Notes: a model not told the origin generated them from the letters alone. A stretch of DNA of 64,000 nt from Smithellaceae bacterium (GCA_963667845.2 CAXXVL010000002.1:1536001-1600000); one strand, 5' to 3'. Numbered from the stretch's first letter, positions 51,448-61,518 are shown. Program-made: numbers and translations.

Positions 51448-52185
51448 ATGGAGGCAGTTTACGGCATAAACCCCATTAAGAGCCTGCTTTCCCTGCAAGA
51501 GACGCCTCTCAAAAGAATCATTATTGCAGACGGCCGAAGTGGTCCAGCCATCAAGGGAATTATTGATACCGCCCGTCAAAGGAAGATACCCGTGGAATGG
51601 AGATCCCGCCAGCATCTTGATGAGATGGCCGGATCTCCGGATCATCAGGGGATCATCGGCCTTCGCGATTTATTTGCTTATGCCGATTTGGACGATTTGC
51701 TTAAGAACCGCTGCCCTCAGCTAGCGAATGATCTGATTTTGATGCTCGACAGCATTCTCGATCCTCAGAATTTGGGATCGATTATCCGTAGCGCTTATTG
51801 CCTGGGTGCCAACGGCGTGATCATCCCCACAGATCGGACGGCTTCAGTTACACCGACTGTGATTAAAGCATCTGCCGGCAGTGCCGAACAACTGCCGATC
51901 GCTCGCGTGACGAATCTATCCCAGACCATCGATTATCTGAAAAATAAAGGTTTCTGGATTTACGGGGCTGATGCCCATGGTGGAAAGAACATCAGGGAAC
52001 AGAGCTTTAACGGTCAAGTCGTTTTGGTCCTGGGCAGCGAAGCCAGGGGAATACGGCCTCTGGTGAAGAAAAAATGTGATTATTTGGTCACGATTCCCAT
52101 GACGGGAACTTTCGACTCTTTCAATGTCGCTGTTGCAGCCGGAATCATTCAATACGAAATCTTTATTCAGCGCCAGATGAAATAA
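51448..52185 (+). CDS. rlmB: 23S rRNA (G2251-2'-O)-methyltransferase
   Basis: HQG, DPQNLGSIIRS, GSEARG and IPM..FDSFNVAVAAG motifs. Confidence 0.93.
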   Translation: MEAVYGINPIKSLLSLQETPLKRIIIADGRSGPAIKGIIDTARQRKIPVEWRSRQHLDEMAGSPDHQGIIGLRDLFAYADLDDLLKNRCPQLANDLILMLDSILDPQNLGSIIRSAYCLGANGVIIPTDRTASVTPTVIKASAGSAEQLPIARVTNLSQTIDYLKNKGFWIYGADAHGGKNIREQSFNGQVVLVLGSEARGIRPLVKKKCDYLVTIPMTGTFDSFNVAVAAGIIQYEIFIQRQMK

Positions 52186-52313
52186 TCTGTGATGCGGCGC
52201 ACACGCGCACCGGAAATCAATGATTTTCTAATTTAACTGGTTGAAACTACATGGGAGATGGTTTATGATACTCCGCAAAAGAAATTATTCTGATTAAAGA
52301 AAGGATCTCAACT

Positions 52314-53519
52314 ATGCCTGTTTTCCTTTGGGAAGGAACAACGAAAAAGGATGAAGTGAAAAAAGGCGAAATGGAAGCCGCTGACGAACTAGCCGTTCGG
52401 ACGTCGTTGAGACGGCAGGGTTATAAGTCCATTGAGGTTCGGAAAAAACCAAAAGATCTGATGGAGTACCTCCCCTTTTTGGCAGGACGGGTAAAAGAGA
52501 AGGATGTCGTGGTTTTCTGCCGGATCTTTTCTACGATGATTAATGCCGGCTTACCTCTCATCCAGTGTTTGGATCTGCTGGCTCAGCAGGAGCAAAATAA
52601 GGCTTTCTCCAAAATCATCCGCTCCGTAAAAGAGGACATCGAGGGAGGCACCAGTCTGACGGATGCGCTGAAAAAATATCCGAAGGTGTTTGATGAATTA
52701 TTTGTTAACTTAATTGCAGCCGGCGAAGCCGGCGGTATTCTGGATGTCGTTTTGGGGCGCCTTTCTAATTATCTGGAAAAAGCTTTAAAGCTGAAGAGAA
52801 AGGTCAAAAGCGCCATGACTTATCCGATAGCGGTTCTCGTCATTTCTTTTGCGGTCGTCGCCGTACTTCTGCTTAAAGTTATCCCTGTCTTTCAAAAAAT
52901 GTTTGAAGGCTCTGGAGCCGAACTTCCCGGCCCGACGGCGATGGTCATTGGGATGAGTCAGTTTGCACAGAGTTATTGGTGGATTATTTTTGCGGTAATC
53001 ATTTTGATCGTGGTAGCCATTGGTCAATTCTATAAGACCCAGAAAGGCCGGTGGGTGATAGATTCGGCTGTCCTTCGCGCTCCGATTTTCGGTCCGGTGA
53101 TGAAGAAGGTTGCGGTAGCTAAATTCTCACGGACTATGGCGACCATGATGAGTTCCGGCGTTCCGATATTGGAAGGATTGAATATCGTCAGCAAGACAGC
53201 AGGTAATGTGGTTGTGGAAAATGCCTTGATGAAAACCCGTCAAAGCATCAGCGAAGGTCAGTCTATTGCCGAGCCGTTATCGGTAGCCGGCATATTCCCG
53301 CCGATGGTTGTTCAAATGATAGCGGTTGGTGAAGCGACCGGTGCGTTAGATTCCATGCTCAATAAAATTGCCGATTTCTACGATGATGAAGTCGATGCGG
53401 CTGTGGAGGCCATGACATCTCTTCTGGAACCGGTTATGATGATTTTTCTTGGCGGGATAGTCGGTGGTATGATTATCGCTATGTACTTGCCGATCTTCAA
53501 GCTGGCATCTGTCGTATGA
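52314..53519 (+). CDS. pilC: Type IV pilus platform protein (T2SS F family)
   Basis: AGEAGGIL, SAMTYP, GEATGALD and AMYLPIF motifs. Confidence 0.93.
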   Translation: MPVFLWEGTTKKDEVKKGEMEAADELAVRTSLRRQGYKSIEVRKKPKDLMEYLPFLAGRVKEKDVVVFCRIFSTMINAGLPLIQCLDLLAQQEQNKAFSKIIRSVKEDIEGGTSLTDALKKYPKVFDELFVNLIAAGEAGGILDVVLGRLSNYLEKALKLKRKVKSAMTYPIAVLVISFAVVAVLLLKVIPVFQKMFEGSGAELPGPTAMVIGMSQFAQSYWWIIFAVIILIVVAIGQFYKTQKGRWVIDSAVLRAPIFGPVMKKVAVAKFSRTMATMMSSGVPILEGLNIVSKTAGNVVVENALMKTRQSISEGQSIAEPLSVAGIFPPMVVQMIAVGEATGALDSMLNKIADFYDDEVDAAVEAMTSLLEPVMMIFLGGIVGGMIIAMYLPIFKLASVV

Positions 53520-53540
53520 TCTGAAGAGGAAAAATAAAAA

Positions 53541-53617
53541 TGGTCGGGATGGCGCGATTTGAACGCGCGACTCCTGCGTCCCGAACGCAGTGCCCTACCA
53601 AGCTGGGCCACATCCCG
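53541..53617 (-). tRNA. tRNA-Pro(CGG)
   Basis: CGGGATG...CTGCG-TTCGGGA-CGCAG...TTCAAAT...CATCCCG-ACCA cloverleaf. Confidence 0.95.
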
Positions 53618-53710
53618 ACACGGTGTGGGACGTTATAAAATTTATTACCAAATGTCCACATGTTTTTATGAATGTGAGACGAAATTATTTTTATTGTGAG
53701 TAACTGATCC

Positions 53711-54127
53711 GTGATTATTTACGACGTGAAATGCGAAAATGGCCATAAGTTCGAAGGTTGGTTTAAGGACCGTCAGGCATGGATTGAACAAAATGCCCAG
53801 AGGTTGATTTGTTGTCCGGTCTGTAACAGTTCAAATGTGGAAATTGCACCTTCGTCCATTACGATCATGGGCAAGGATTCTAAAGCAGTTGACAAAGCTA
53901 TTGATAAAAAAATGTCCCCTGATCAAGCTCTTCAGTTGTTTCATCAATATATTGAAAACAATTTTGAAGATGTCGGGAATAAATTCGCTGAAGTTGCACT
54001 GAAAATACACTGTGGGGATGAAGAGAAAAGAAACATCAAGGGTACAACGACTCCGCAGGAAGAAGCGGACCTGAAAGAAGAAGGTGTTTCATTCATCAAA
54101 ATTCCTCTGCCCAAAATGGACAGCTGA
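53711..54127 (+). CDS. DUF1178 family protein
   Basis: C..GHKFEGWF, CPVC, EDVG..FAE.A.KIH and L.EEGV motifs. Confidence 0.85.
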   Translation: MIIYDVKCENGHKFEGWFKDRQAWIEQNAQRLICCPVCNSSNVEIAPSSITIMGKDSKAVDKAIDKKMSPDQALQLFHQYIENNFEDVGNKFAEVALKIHCGDEEKRNIKGTTTPQEEADLKEEGVSFIKIPLPKMDS

Positions 54128-54215
54128 TCCACCAAATCTCCAGTAAGATTTCTTGACTGTTAAGAATCCTTTATCTATGAAGGAAGGACTCATTATTGAT
54201 AAAAGGCCATAGCTT

Positions 54216-56531
54216 ATGATGAACTCGTACAAAAGTATCATTGATGGTATCGGTAACACGCCTCTTGTGGAAATATCAAAACTTAATCCAAACAAAAGGG
54301 TAAAAATCTTTGCCAAATTGGAGTCTTCCAATCCTGGCGGTTCTATCAAGGACCGTACCGCCTTATACATGATTGAAAATGCCGAAAAAAGGGGAGAGTT
54401 GATTCCCGGCAAGACTATTTTGGAGGCAACCAGCGGCAACACGGGCATAGGACTGGCCATGATCGCCGCGGCCAAGGGCTATAAGCTCTGTCTCACGATG
54501 TCCGAGTCGGCCAGTGAAGAACGAAAGAAAATATTAAGGGCTATGGGAGTGGAATTGATTTTTACGCCCGCATCTCAAGGAACAGATGGTGCCATCGAGG
54601 TTGCTTATCGGATGCTCCGGGAACAGCCCGGAAAGTTTTTTGGTACTGATCAGTTTAACAACGAAGACAATGTTGCCGCCCACTATTTCGGGACCGCCCA
54701 GGAAATATGGGATCAGACGGAAGGTCAGGTGACTGCGGTCGTTGCCACACTTGGTACGACGGGAACGGCAATGGGTATTTCTAAAAGACTCAAAGAACTC
54801 AATAAAAATATCAAAATTATCGGTGTCGAACCGTATTTGCAGCACAAGATCCAAGGACTCAAGAATATGCGCGAGTCCTACCGACCGGGAATTTTTGATA
54901 AGAAGCGTCTTGACGAGAAAGTAAATATTCTGGATGAAGACGCTTTTGAGATGTCCCGCAGGCTCGCCCGGGAGGAAGGTATCCTGGCGGGCATGAGTTC
55001 CGGAGCGGCTATGTTTGTGGCTGCTGAAAAGGCCAAAGAAATGGAACAGGGTCTCATTGTGGTCATTTTCCCGGATAGCGGAGAGCGTTACTTAAGTACC
55101 GAATTATTTGCTGTCAAAGAAGAATTAGCCTCGATAAGTCTTTATAATATTTTGAAACGGCAAAAGAAGCTTTTTCGACCGTTGAAATCGGAAGAAGTGC
55201 TGATGCGCACGTGCGGTCCAACGGTCCACGATGCGCCTCATTTGGGGAACTATCGGCGACTCGTGATTTCCGATTTGCTTGGCCGCTATCTCACGTTTAA
55301 GGGCTACAAGGTTAAGCATGTCATTGATATTGTTGATTTTACTGACAAGTCCATTAAAGGATCGGAAAAAGCGGCAATGGATCTGTCGGACTATTCAAAT
55401 AAATATCTGCAGATATTTCTGGATGATGCGCACTTTTTGAAGATTCGACCGGATAACATATATGTGAAAGCTTCCGACAACGTTGATGCCATGCTCACAA
55501 TTGTCGAGAAACTGGTCGATAAAAGCTACGCATACGAAAAACTGCATTCCGTCTATTTTGATATTTCCAAATTGGCCGATTATGGGCGTCTCTCCAATAT
55601 CGATTTAACCAAGACGAGGCTGCGTCGTTCAATTGATCTTGATGACTATGAGAAAGACAGTCCTGCTGATTTTGCTCTGCTGAAGCGGGCGAATTTGGGT
55701 GAGCTGAAAAGGGGAATTTATCACAAAACAAAGTGGGGTAATGCCCGGCCGAGCTGGCATCTGGAATGCGCAGCGATATCGCAGAAATATTTGGGTACGG
55801 CGTACGACATTCACATCAGCGGCGCTGATGAGACTTTTCCCCATTGTGAAAATATTGTGGCAATTAACAAAGCGTTTTCAAACCATAGCGGAGCAAACTA
55901 TTGGATTGGCGTGGAACTGATTCTGGTCGATGGTCGAAAGATGTCCCGTTCATTGAATAATGCAGTCACGATTGCCAACCTGAAACAGGATGGTTATATT
56001 GGAAGAGACATCCGTTTCTTTCTACTGGGAATGAACTACCGCAAGCCGATCAGCTATTCTGAGAAAGCGTTGCAGGTAGCAAAAAACACAATCAAGAGAA
56101 TGGACACATTCATCCATCGGCTTCAAGCGATTGAGATTGATGTTCAAAAATTTACTGATATTGATCAGGCTATCTATGATCTTCATCATGGACTGGAAAA
56201 CGCATTGGATGATGATATGAATATAGCGAGTGCTTTAGCGTCGCTCTTTGATTTCATCGGTAAGATTAACACGCCGCTGGCGCAGGGGCAAATCGGCAGG
56301 ACGGATGCTGGAAAAGTCATCAAAGCTCTCGAGAAGATAAATGAAATACTGGGGATAATGGATTTCGAGGAGCACCCGCTTCGCAATGATATTAGTGAGT
56401 TAATTCAAAAAAGAGAAGCTGCCAGAAAAGCTCGTAAATGGGAAGAAGCGGATGCGCTGAGAACTCAATTGGCCCAGAGCGGCATCGAAATATTGGACGG
56501 TCCACGCGGAGCAATCTGGCATTTCAGGTAG
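54216..56531 (+). CDS. cysS: Cysteine synthase (CysK/CysM) - cysteinyl-tRNA synthetase fusion
   Basis: N-term NPGGSIKDR, EATSGNTG, GTTGT, PDSGERYLST; C-term CGPTV..HLGN, WHLEC, FPH, KMSRS and anticodon domain; one uninterrupted ORF. Confidence 0.9.
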   Translation: MMNSYKSIIDGIGNTPLVEISKLNPNKRVKIFAKLESSNPGGSIKDRTALYMIENAEKRGELIPGKTILEATSGNTGIGLAMIAAAKGYKLCLTMSESASEERKKILRAMGVELIFTPASQGTDGAIEVAYRMLREQPGKFFGTDQFNNEDNVAAHYFGTAQEIWDQTEGQVTAVVATLGTTGTAMGISKRLKELNKNIKIIGVEPYLQHKIQGLKNMRESYRPGIFDKKRLDEKVNILDEDAFEMSRRLAREEGILAGMSSGAAMFVAAEKAKEMEQGLIVVIFPDSGERYLSTELFAVKEELASISLYNILKRQKKLFRPLKSEEVLMRTCGPTVHDAPHLGNYRRLVISDLLGRYLTFKGYKVKHVIDIVDFTDKSIKGSEKAAMDLSDYSNKYLQIFLDDAHFLKIRPDNIYVKASDNVDAMLTIVEKLVDKSYAYEKLHSVYFDISKLADYGRLSNIDLTKTRLRRSIDLDDYEKDSPADFALLKRANLGELKRGIYHKTKWGNARPSWHLECAAISQKYLGTAYDIHISGADETFPHCENIVAINKAFSNHSGANYWIGVELILVDGRKMSRSLNNAVTIANLKQDGYIGRDIRFFLLGMNYRKPISYSEKALQVAKNTIKRMDTFIHRLQAIEIDVQKFTDIDQAIYDLHHGLENALDDDMNIASALASLFDFIGKINTPLAQGQIGRTDAGKVIKALEKINEILGIMDFEEHPLRNDISELIQKREAARKARKWEEADALRTQLAQSGIEILDGPRGAIWHFR

Positions 56532-56538
56532 GAATAAT

Positions 56539-57360
56539 ATGGAAGGATTAAGAAAATCAATTTTAGCAGGATCCTGGTATCCTGCAGATCCTGACATTTT
56601 GAGACGTGATATCGAAAAATACATTCGAAATGTGCCCGACCAAGAGCTGGAAGGTGATATTGTAAGCATAATTGTACCTCATGCCGGTTATACTTATTCC
56701 GGTCAGGTAGCAGCCTATGCCTACAAGCTGATTCAGGGAAAAAATTATGATGCAGTCATTATTGTCGGACCGAGTCACAGAGTCGCTTTCCGAGTTATAT
56801 CCATATACAGTCAAGGAGCTTTTGAAACGCCTCTGGACGTGACTCCCATCGATGAGCGCATCGCCGCAGAAATGAAGCATATAAACAAAATTATTGTTGA
56901 TTACCCGGCCGCCCATGCTCAGGAACATTCTCTAGAAATTCAACTCCCTTTCCTGCAAAGTGTTTTAGGGCGGTTTTCTTTTATTCCATTGATTATGGGA
57001 GATCAGAGCGCGGCGATCTGTCGGGAACTTGCCTCCGTGATCAGTCAAGTGGCCGAAGGGCGCCGAATTTTGATTGTGGCCAGCAGCGATTTGTCTCATT
57101 TTCACAATTATCAAAAGGCAAAAGAACTTGATGAAATTGTTCTTAAAGAAATAAAAAATGACAATGCAGAAGGACTCCTGAATGATTTGGCTCATGGGAA
57201 AACCGAAGCCTGCGGAGGGGGGCCGGTGGCTGTAGCCATGCTGGCTGCAAGTCAATTGGGCGCCCATCGTTCGCAGTTGCTGAAATACGCCAATTCAGGG
57301 GATGTAACAGGAGATAAAGAGTCAGTGGTCGGTTATATGTCGGCAGCTCTTTATAGGTAA
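56539..57360 (+). CDS. amrB: AmmeMemoRadiSam protein B (MEMO1 family)
   Basis: AGSWYP, PHAGYTYSG, EHSLEIQLPFLQ, SSDLSH, ACG and VGY motifs. Confidence 0.93.
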   Translation: MEGLRKSILAGSWYPADPDILRRDIEKYIRNVPDQELEGDIVSIIVPHAGYTYSGQVAAYAYKLIQGKNYDAVIIVGPSHRVAFRVISIYSQGAFETPLDVTPIDERIAAEMKHINKIIVDYPAAHAQEHSLEIQLPFLQSVLGRFSFIPLIMGDQSAAICRELASVISQVAEGRRILIVASSDLSHFHNYQKAKELDEIVLKEIKNDNAEGLLNDLAHGKTEACGGGPVAVAMLAASQLGAHRSQLLKYANSGDVTGDKESVVGYMSAALYR

Positions 57361-57374
57361 AAGCAGGGGATAAT

Positions 57375-57923
57375 ATGGAATTAACAGATCAGGAAAAAAA
57401 GACACTTCTGGAGATAGCTAAAAGGGCGATTGTCGCCAAGGCTGGAAACAGAGAATTACCTAAAGTAACGATAGATTTGCCTATTCTCAAAGAAAAGAGG
57501 GGAGCTTTTGTCACCTTGAAAAAGCGTGGACACCTGCGGGGTTGCATCGGATACATTAAGGCAGTTAAACCTCTTGGCGATACGGTGCAGGAAATGGCCG
57601 TCGCCGCTGCTTTTCATGATCCGCGCTTCCCATCGGTCAAAGGTGAAGAGATCCGGGATCTAAGCTTCGAGATATCCGTCCTAAGTCCGTTGCAAAAGAT
57701 ACAAAATATTGAGGATATTGAAGTAGGGAAGCACGGACTTTTTATCGTCCGGGGTTATAATTCCGGCTTGCTCCTGCCGCAGGTGGCAACGGAATATGGC
57801 TGGGATCGGGAAACGTTTCTGAAAGAGACCTGTTATAAGGCCGGTTTGCCACCCCGGGCATGGAAAGATAAGGAAACTGAAATATATATTTTCTCAGCAG
57901 ATTATTTCAGCGATAAAGATTAA
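57375..57923 (+). CDS. amrA: AmmeMemoRadiSam protein A (AMMECR1 family)
   Basis: GAFVTL, LRGCIG, DPRF, EISVLS and LLLPQV motifs. Confidence 0.93.
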   Translation: MELTDQEKKTLLEIAKRAIVAKAGNRELPKVTIDLPILKEKRGAFVTLKKRGHLRGCIGYIKAVKPLGDTVQEMAVAAAFHDPRFPSVKGEEIRDLSFEISVLSPLQKIQNIEDIEVGKHGLFIVRGYNSGLLLPQVATEYGWDRETFLKETCYKAGLPPRAWKDKETEIYIFSADYFSDKD

Positions 57924-57974
57924 AATTCCTTCTTGTTCTTTTTCGCATTTTTTTGGAATAAATTAAAAATTTAC

Positions 57975-58003
57975 TTGACAAAAACAAGCATAAAAATTAA
58001 AGT
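57975..58003 (+). promoter_or_regulatory. Sigma70 promoter of the tRNA/ribosomal protein operon
   Basis: TTGACA-N17-TAAAGT with AT-rich UP region and GC discriminator. Confidence 0.65.
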
Positions 58004-58085
58004 CCGCAATTCGCACGAAGCAGTGTAGGTGTTTTCTTGCGTTCAAAGCAGGGGCTTCATGCGAAATGATGGGAATAAAAGGTTT

Positions 58086-58161
58086 GCTGGCGTAGCTCAA
58101 TCGGTAGAGCAGCTGATTTGTAATCAGCAGGTTGCGGGTTCAAGTCCCATCGCCAGCTCCA
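58086..58161 (+). tRNA. tRNA-Thr(TGT)
   Basis: Cloverleaf; anticodon loop TTTGTAA; CCA end. Confidence 0.96.
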
Positions 58162-58177
58162 GATGAGCAACATAACT

Positions 58178-58262
58178 GGAGGGGTTCCCGAGCGGCCAAA
58201 GGGAGCAGACTGTAAATCTGCCGGCGGAGCCTACGGAGGTTCGAACCCTCCCCCCTCCACCA
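58178..58262 (+). tRNA. tRNA-Tyr(GTA)
   Basis: Anticodon loop CTGTAAA; long variable arm; CCA end. Confidence 0.96.
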
Positions 58263-58281
58263 GTTTTTTATGAATAGGTAA

Positions 58282-58357
58282 GCGGGAGTAGCTCAGGGGC
58301 TAGAGCGTCAGCCTTCCAAGCTGAGGGTCGCGGGTTCGAATCCCGTTTCCCGCTCCA
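58282..58357 (+). tRNA. tRNA-Gly(TCC)
   Basis: Anticodon loop CTTCCAA; CCA end. Confidence 0.96.
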
Positions 58358-58396
58358 GGTATTTTTTGAATGCCGGTTGAAAAGTTTAACAGCCGT

Positions 58397-58472
58397 GCCC
58401 ACGTAGCTCAGTTGGTAGAGCACATCCTTGGTAAGGATGAGGTCACCAGTTCAATCCTGGTCGTGGGCTCCA
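58397..58472 (+). tRNA. tRNA-Thr(GGT)
   Basis: Anticodon loop TTGGTAA; CCA end. Confidence 0.96.
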
Positions 58473-58485
58473 GTGAAGGAGAATT

Positions 58486-58635
58486 ATGCGAAATAATATT
58501 ATTTTAGCTTGTACGGAATGTAAGCAGCGAAATTATACGACGACAAAGAATAAGCGTACCATGCAAAACCGTCTGGAAATGAAAAAATATTGCAAGTTTT
58601 GCCGTGGACACAAACTGCACAGGGAAACGAAGTAG
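58486..58635 (+). CDS. rpmG: 50S ribosomal protein L33 (Zn-binding form; not in the ORF track)
   Basis: [58 protein letters not shown]. Confidence 0.97.
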   Translation: MRNNIILACTECKQRNYTTTKNKRTMQNRLEMKKYCKFCRGHKLHRETK

Positions 58636-58648
58636 CTAAAACCAGGAC

Positions 58649-58725
58649 AGGCCAGTAGCTCTAATGGATAGAGCGCCGGACTCCAAATCCGGATGCTGGG
58701 GGTTCAAGTCCCTCCTGGCCTGCCA
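58649..58725 (+). tRNA. tRNA-Trp(CCA)
   Basis: Anticodon loop CTCCAAA; CCA end; typical position before secE. Confidence 0.95.
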
Positions 58726-58751
58726 GTTTTCCCGATAAAGAGGCTGATGAT

Positions 58752-58955
58752 ATGGAAAAAATCAAGTTGTTTGCAAATAAAGCGCTACAGTTTCTTTCGC
58801 AGGCAAAAGCTGAACTGAAAAAAGTTGCCTGGCCGACCAGAAAACAGACTTTGGCGTCGACAGGCGTTGTTGTGATTATTGTTGCAATCGTGGCTCTTTA
58901 TCTGGGAATTATTGATCTGATTCTCGCAAAATTAGTCAAGTTCTTTTTGGGTTAA
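58752..58955 (+). CDS. secE: Preprotein translocase SecE
   Basis: ELKKVAWPTR plus one TM helix. Confidence 0.95.
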   Translation: MEKIKLFANKALQFLSQAKAELKKVAWPTRKQTLASTGVVVIIVAIVALYLGIIDLILAKLVKFFLG

Positions 58956-58959
58956 CTTC

Positions 58960-59493
58960 ATGGCTTTTAAATGGTACGTCGTACATACTTATTCGGGGTT
59001 TGAGAATAAGGTCAAAATGAGCCTTCAGGAAAGAATTGAACTGGCCGGCGCTCAAGCTGCCTTTTCGGATATTCTCATTCCGGAAGAAGATGTTGTGGAG
59101 TTGATCTCAGGAGAGAAAAAAACATCCAAGCGTAAGTTTTTCCCGGGCTATATCCTGGTGCGGATGGAGATGAGCGATGAAAACTGGCATATTGTCAAGA
59201 ATACGCCGAAGGTAACGGGTTTTATCGGCAGCAAGGATAAGCCTTCCCCGATTCCGGACAAAGATGTCGAGAATTTGAAAGTAAGAATTGATGAGGGAAC
59301 CCTTAAACCAAAACCGAAATTCAAGTTTGATGTTGGCGACCATGTCAAAATCATCGATGGTCCTTTCACCAATTTTGATGGCGTCATTGACGAAGTGCGC
59401 CCCGAAAAAAGTAAACTCAGGGTAATTGTGAGCATTTTCGGACGACCTACGCCGGTGGAGTTGGATTTCATTCAGGTAACCCAGGGGCAATAA
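58960..59493 (+). CDS. nusG: Transcription factor NusG
   Basis: WYVVHTYSGFE, FFPGY and KOW motif GPFTNF. Confidence 0.97.
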   Translation: MAFKWYVVHTYSGFENKVKMSLQERIELAGAQAAFSDILIPEEDVVELISGEKKTSKRKFFPGYILVRMEMSDENWHIVKNTPKVTGFIGSKDKPSPIPDKDVENLKVRIDEGTLKPKPKFKFDVGDHVKIIDGPFTNFDGVIDEVRPEKSKLRVIVSIFGRPTPVELDFIQVTQGQ

Positions 59494-59555
59494 GGATAAT
59501 TGGTTTCAAGGCGCAAGGTTAAAGCCTAAAAAATTTTTAAGATCAGGTGATTGCT

Positions 59556-59981
59556 ATGGCAAAAAAAGTTATTGCGAATATTAAATTGCAGATTAAAGCG
59601 GGAAAGGCGACACCATCACCCCCTATCGGACCTGCATTAGGACAGCATGGTGTGAATATCATGGAATTTTGCAAGGCCTACAACGCCTTAACGCAAAATC
59701 AGGAAGGGATGATCATTCCGGTCGTAATTACTGTTTATGCCGATCGGTCATTTACCTTCATCACGAAAACGCCACCGGCTTCCGTCCTACTCAAACAAGC
59801 GGCCAAGGTCGCCAAAGGAGCAGCTGATCCCAAGCGGGAAAAAGTGGGAACGGTTACCGCGAAACAGGTTCAGGACATTGCGCAGGTGAAGTTCAATGAT
59901 TTGAACGCCGTCAATATCGAAGGTGCGGTCAAGATTATTGCCGGCACGGCAAGATCAATGGGAATTGAAATAGCAGGTTAA
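59556..59981 (+). CDS. rplK: 50S ribosomal protein L11
   Basis: [19 protein letters not shown] and GTARSMG motifs. Confidence 0.97.
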   Translation: MAKKVIANIKLQIKAGKATPSPPIGPALGQHGVNIMEFCKAYNALTQNQEGMIIPVVITVYADRSFTFITKTPPASVLLKQAAKVAKGAADPKREKVGTVTAKQVQDIAQVKFNDLNAVNIEGAVKIIAGTARSMGIEIAG

Positions 59982-59999
59982 TTAAAACGAGGGTTTATC

Positions 60000-60701
60000 A
60001 TGTTAAGACGAGGCAAACGCATCATAGCTGCGAAAGCTAAGGTTGAGCCGACCAAGCGTTACACGCTGAAAGAGGCTACGGAAATGGTTGTGTCATTGGC
60101 TGGAGTCAAATTCGACGAGACAGTGGATGCCGCTGTCCGGCTGGGCGTCAATCCGGCGCATGCTGATCAGATGGTTCGAGGCAGCGTGGTTCTTCCTAAT
60201 GGCCTGGGTAAAACCGTGCGCGTGCTGGTTTTTGCTAAAGGCGATAAAGAAAAAGAAGCGCTGGAAGCCGGAGCAGATATGGTCGGCAACGATGAAATTA
60301 TCGAGAAAATAAAAGGCGGCTGGATGGAATTTGACCGCGTTATTGCTACGCCGGATATGATGGGTTCCGTCGGGAAAATCGCTAAGATTCTGGGCCCGCG
60401 AGGGTTGATGCCGAATCCCAAAGTTGGAACGGTCACGTTTGATATTGCCAATGCCGTGAAGGAACTGAAAGCGGGTAAAGTGGAATTCCGCGTTGAGAAG
60501 GCTGGGATTGTTCATTCGCCGGTGGGTAAGGTGTCTTTTGGCGCTGAAAAACTTTACGAAAACGTTAATGCTCTTTTGGAGACTATCATTAAGCTGAAAC
60601 CGGCATCGAGTAAAGGCACGTATATTAAGAGTATCGCGCTGTCCAGCACGATGGGTGCCGGCGTGAGAATCGATCCTCTGGATATTAAGAGCGCAACATA
60701 G
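60000..60701 (+). CDS. rplA: 50S ribosomal protein L1
   Basis: [17 protein letters not shown] and SSTMG motifs. Confidence 0.97.
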   Translation: MLRRGKRIIAAKAKVEPTKRYTLKEATEMVVSLAGVKFDETVDAAVRLGVNPAHADQMVRGSVVLPNGLGKTVRVLVFAKGDKEKEALEAGADMVGNDEIIEKIKGGWMEFDRVIATPDMMGSVGKIAKILGPRGLMPNPKVGTVTFDIANAVKELKAGKVEFRVEKAGIVHSPVGKVSFGAEKLYENVNALLETIIKLKPASSKGTYIKSIALSSTMGAGVRIDPLDIKSAT

Positions 60702-60764
60702 AGCATATCATTGCGACGGGCTTGAAGACAATAGCCCGGACGCGTGTAAAAAGAATTTGGTTTA

Positions 60765-60815
60765 GGTCGAAGACAGCAGGTACGACAGTTTAAACGGAAA
60801 GTGGCCTGCCGAGAC
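60765..60815 (+). ncRNA. Ribosomal protein L10 leader
   Basis: GTCGAAGACAGCAGG...TTAAA...CCTGCCGAGAC motif between rplA and rplJ. Confidence 0.75.
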
Positions 60816-60966
60816 TCGTAGAATAAAAATGTTACTGTATTTTTTGAGGTAGTCATTTTTCTGAAAACGGGGATCGGCATTTGGGCGGATGACCCGTTTT
60901 TCAACTTCAGTATGTGGCTTATCTCTCCGGCCTCGAACAAAAATAATTTGAAAGGAGGCTGATAGA

Positions 60967-61485
60967 TTGGATCGGACAACAAAACAACAAATTGTATCCG
61001 AGCTTCAAGAGAAACTCAAACAGGCTAAACTGGGTGTTCTGACCAATTTCAACGCGATGAACGTTGAAAAAATGGAATCCTTAAGAAATGCTTTGCGTAA
61101 GAATGATGCGGAGCTGAAAGTCGTCAAAAACACGCTGCTGAATATAGCGTCAAAAGAGACGGACTTCAACGTTCTGGCAGATTACTTCAAATTTCCTGTT
61201 GCTGTTGTCTTGAGCTATAAAGACCCGGTCGCGCCGACGAAGGCCCTGATTGAGTTTGCCAAGAAAAACCCGGAATTGGAAATTAAAGTCGGAGTGTTAG
61301 ATGGCAAGCTGCTTTCGAAATCAGACATTTCTGCTCTGGCCGATTTGCCCAGCCGCGAAGTGCTATTGGGCAAACTGGTTTCCGTCATGGCGGCAGTGCC
61401 GACATCGTTTGTCAGAGTGCTCAATGGGGTTCCCGCCGGATTTGTGCGAGTTCTGAATGCTTACGCTGAAACGAAAGAGAATTAA
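60967..61485 (+). CDS. rplJ: 50S ribosomal protein L10
   Basis: VVKNTL and LPSREVL motifs; TTG start with AAAGGAGG RBS. Confidence 0.95.
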   Translation: MDRTTKQQIVSELQEKLKQAKLGVLTNFNAMNVEKMESLRNALRKNDAELKVVKNTLLNIASKETDFNVLADYFKFPVAVVLSYKDPVAPTKALIEFAKKNPELEIKVGVLDGKLLSKSDISALADLPSREVLLGKLVSVMAAVPTSFVRVLNGVPAGFVRVLNAYAETKEN

Positions 61486-61518
61486 ACCTAAAAAATACAT
61501 ACTAAAGAGGAAAGAAAA

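Noticed and set aside
53541..57923. Genomic island at tRNA-Pro (neighbouring DNA looks AT-richer)
   Set aside because: No integrase and no duplicated tRNA 3' end; the genes are housekeeping-type.
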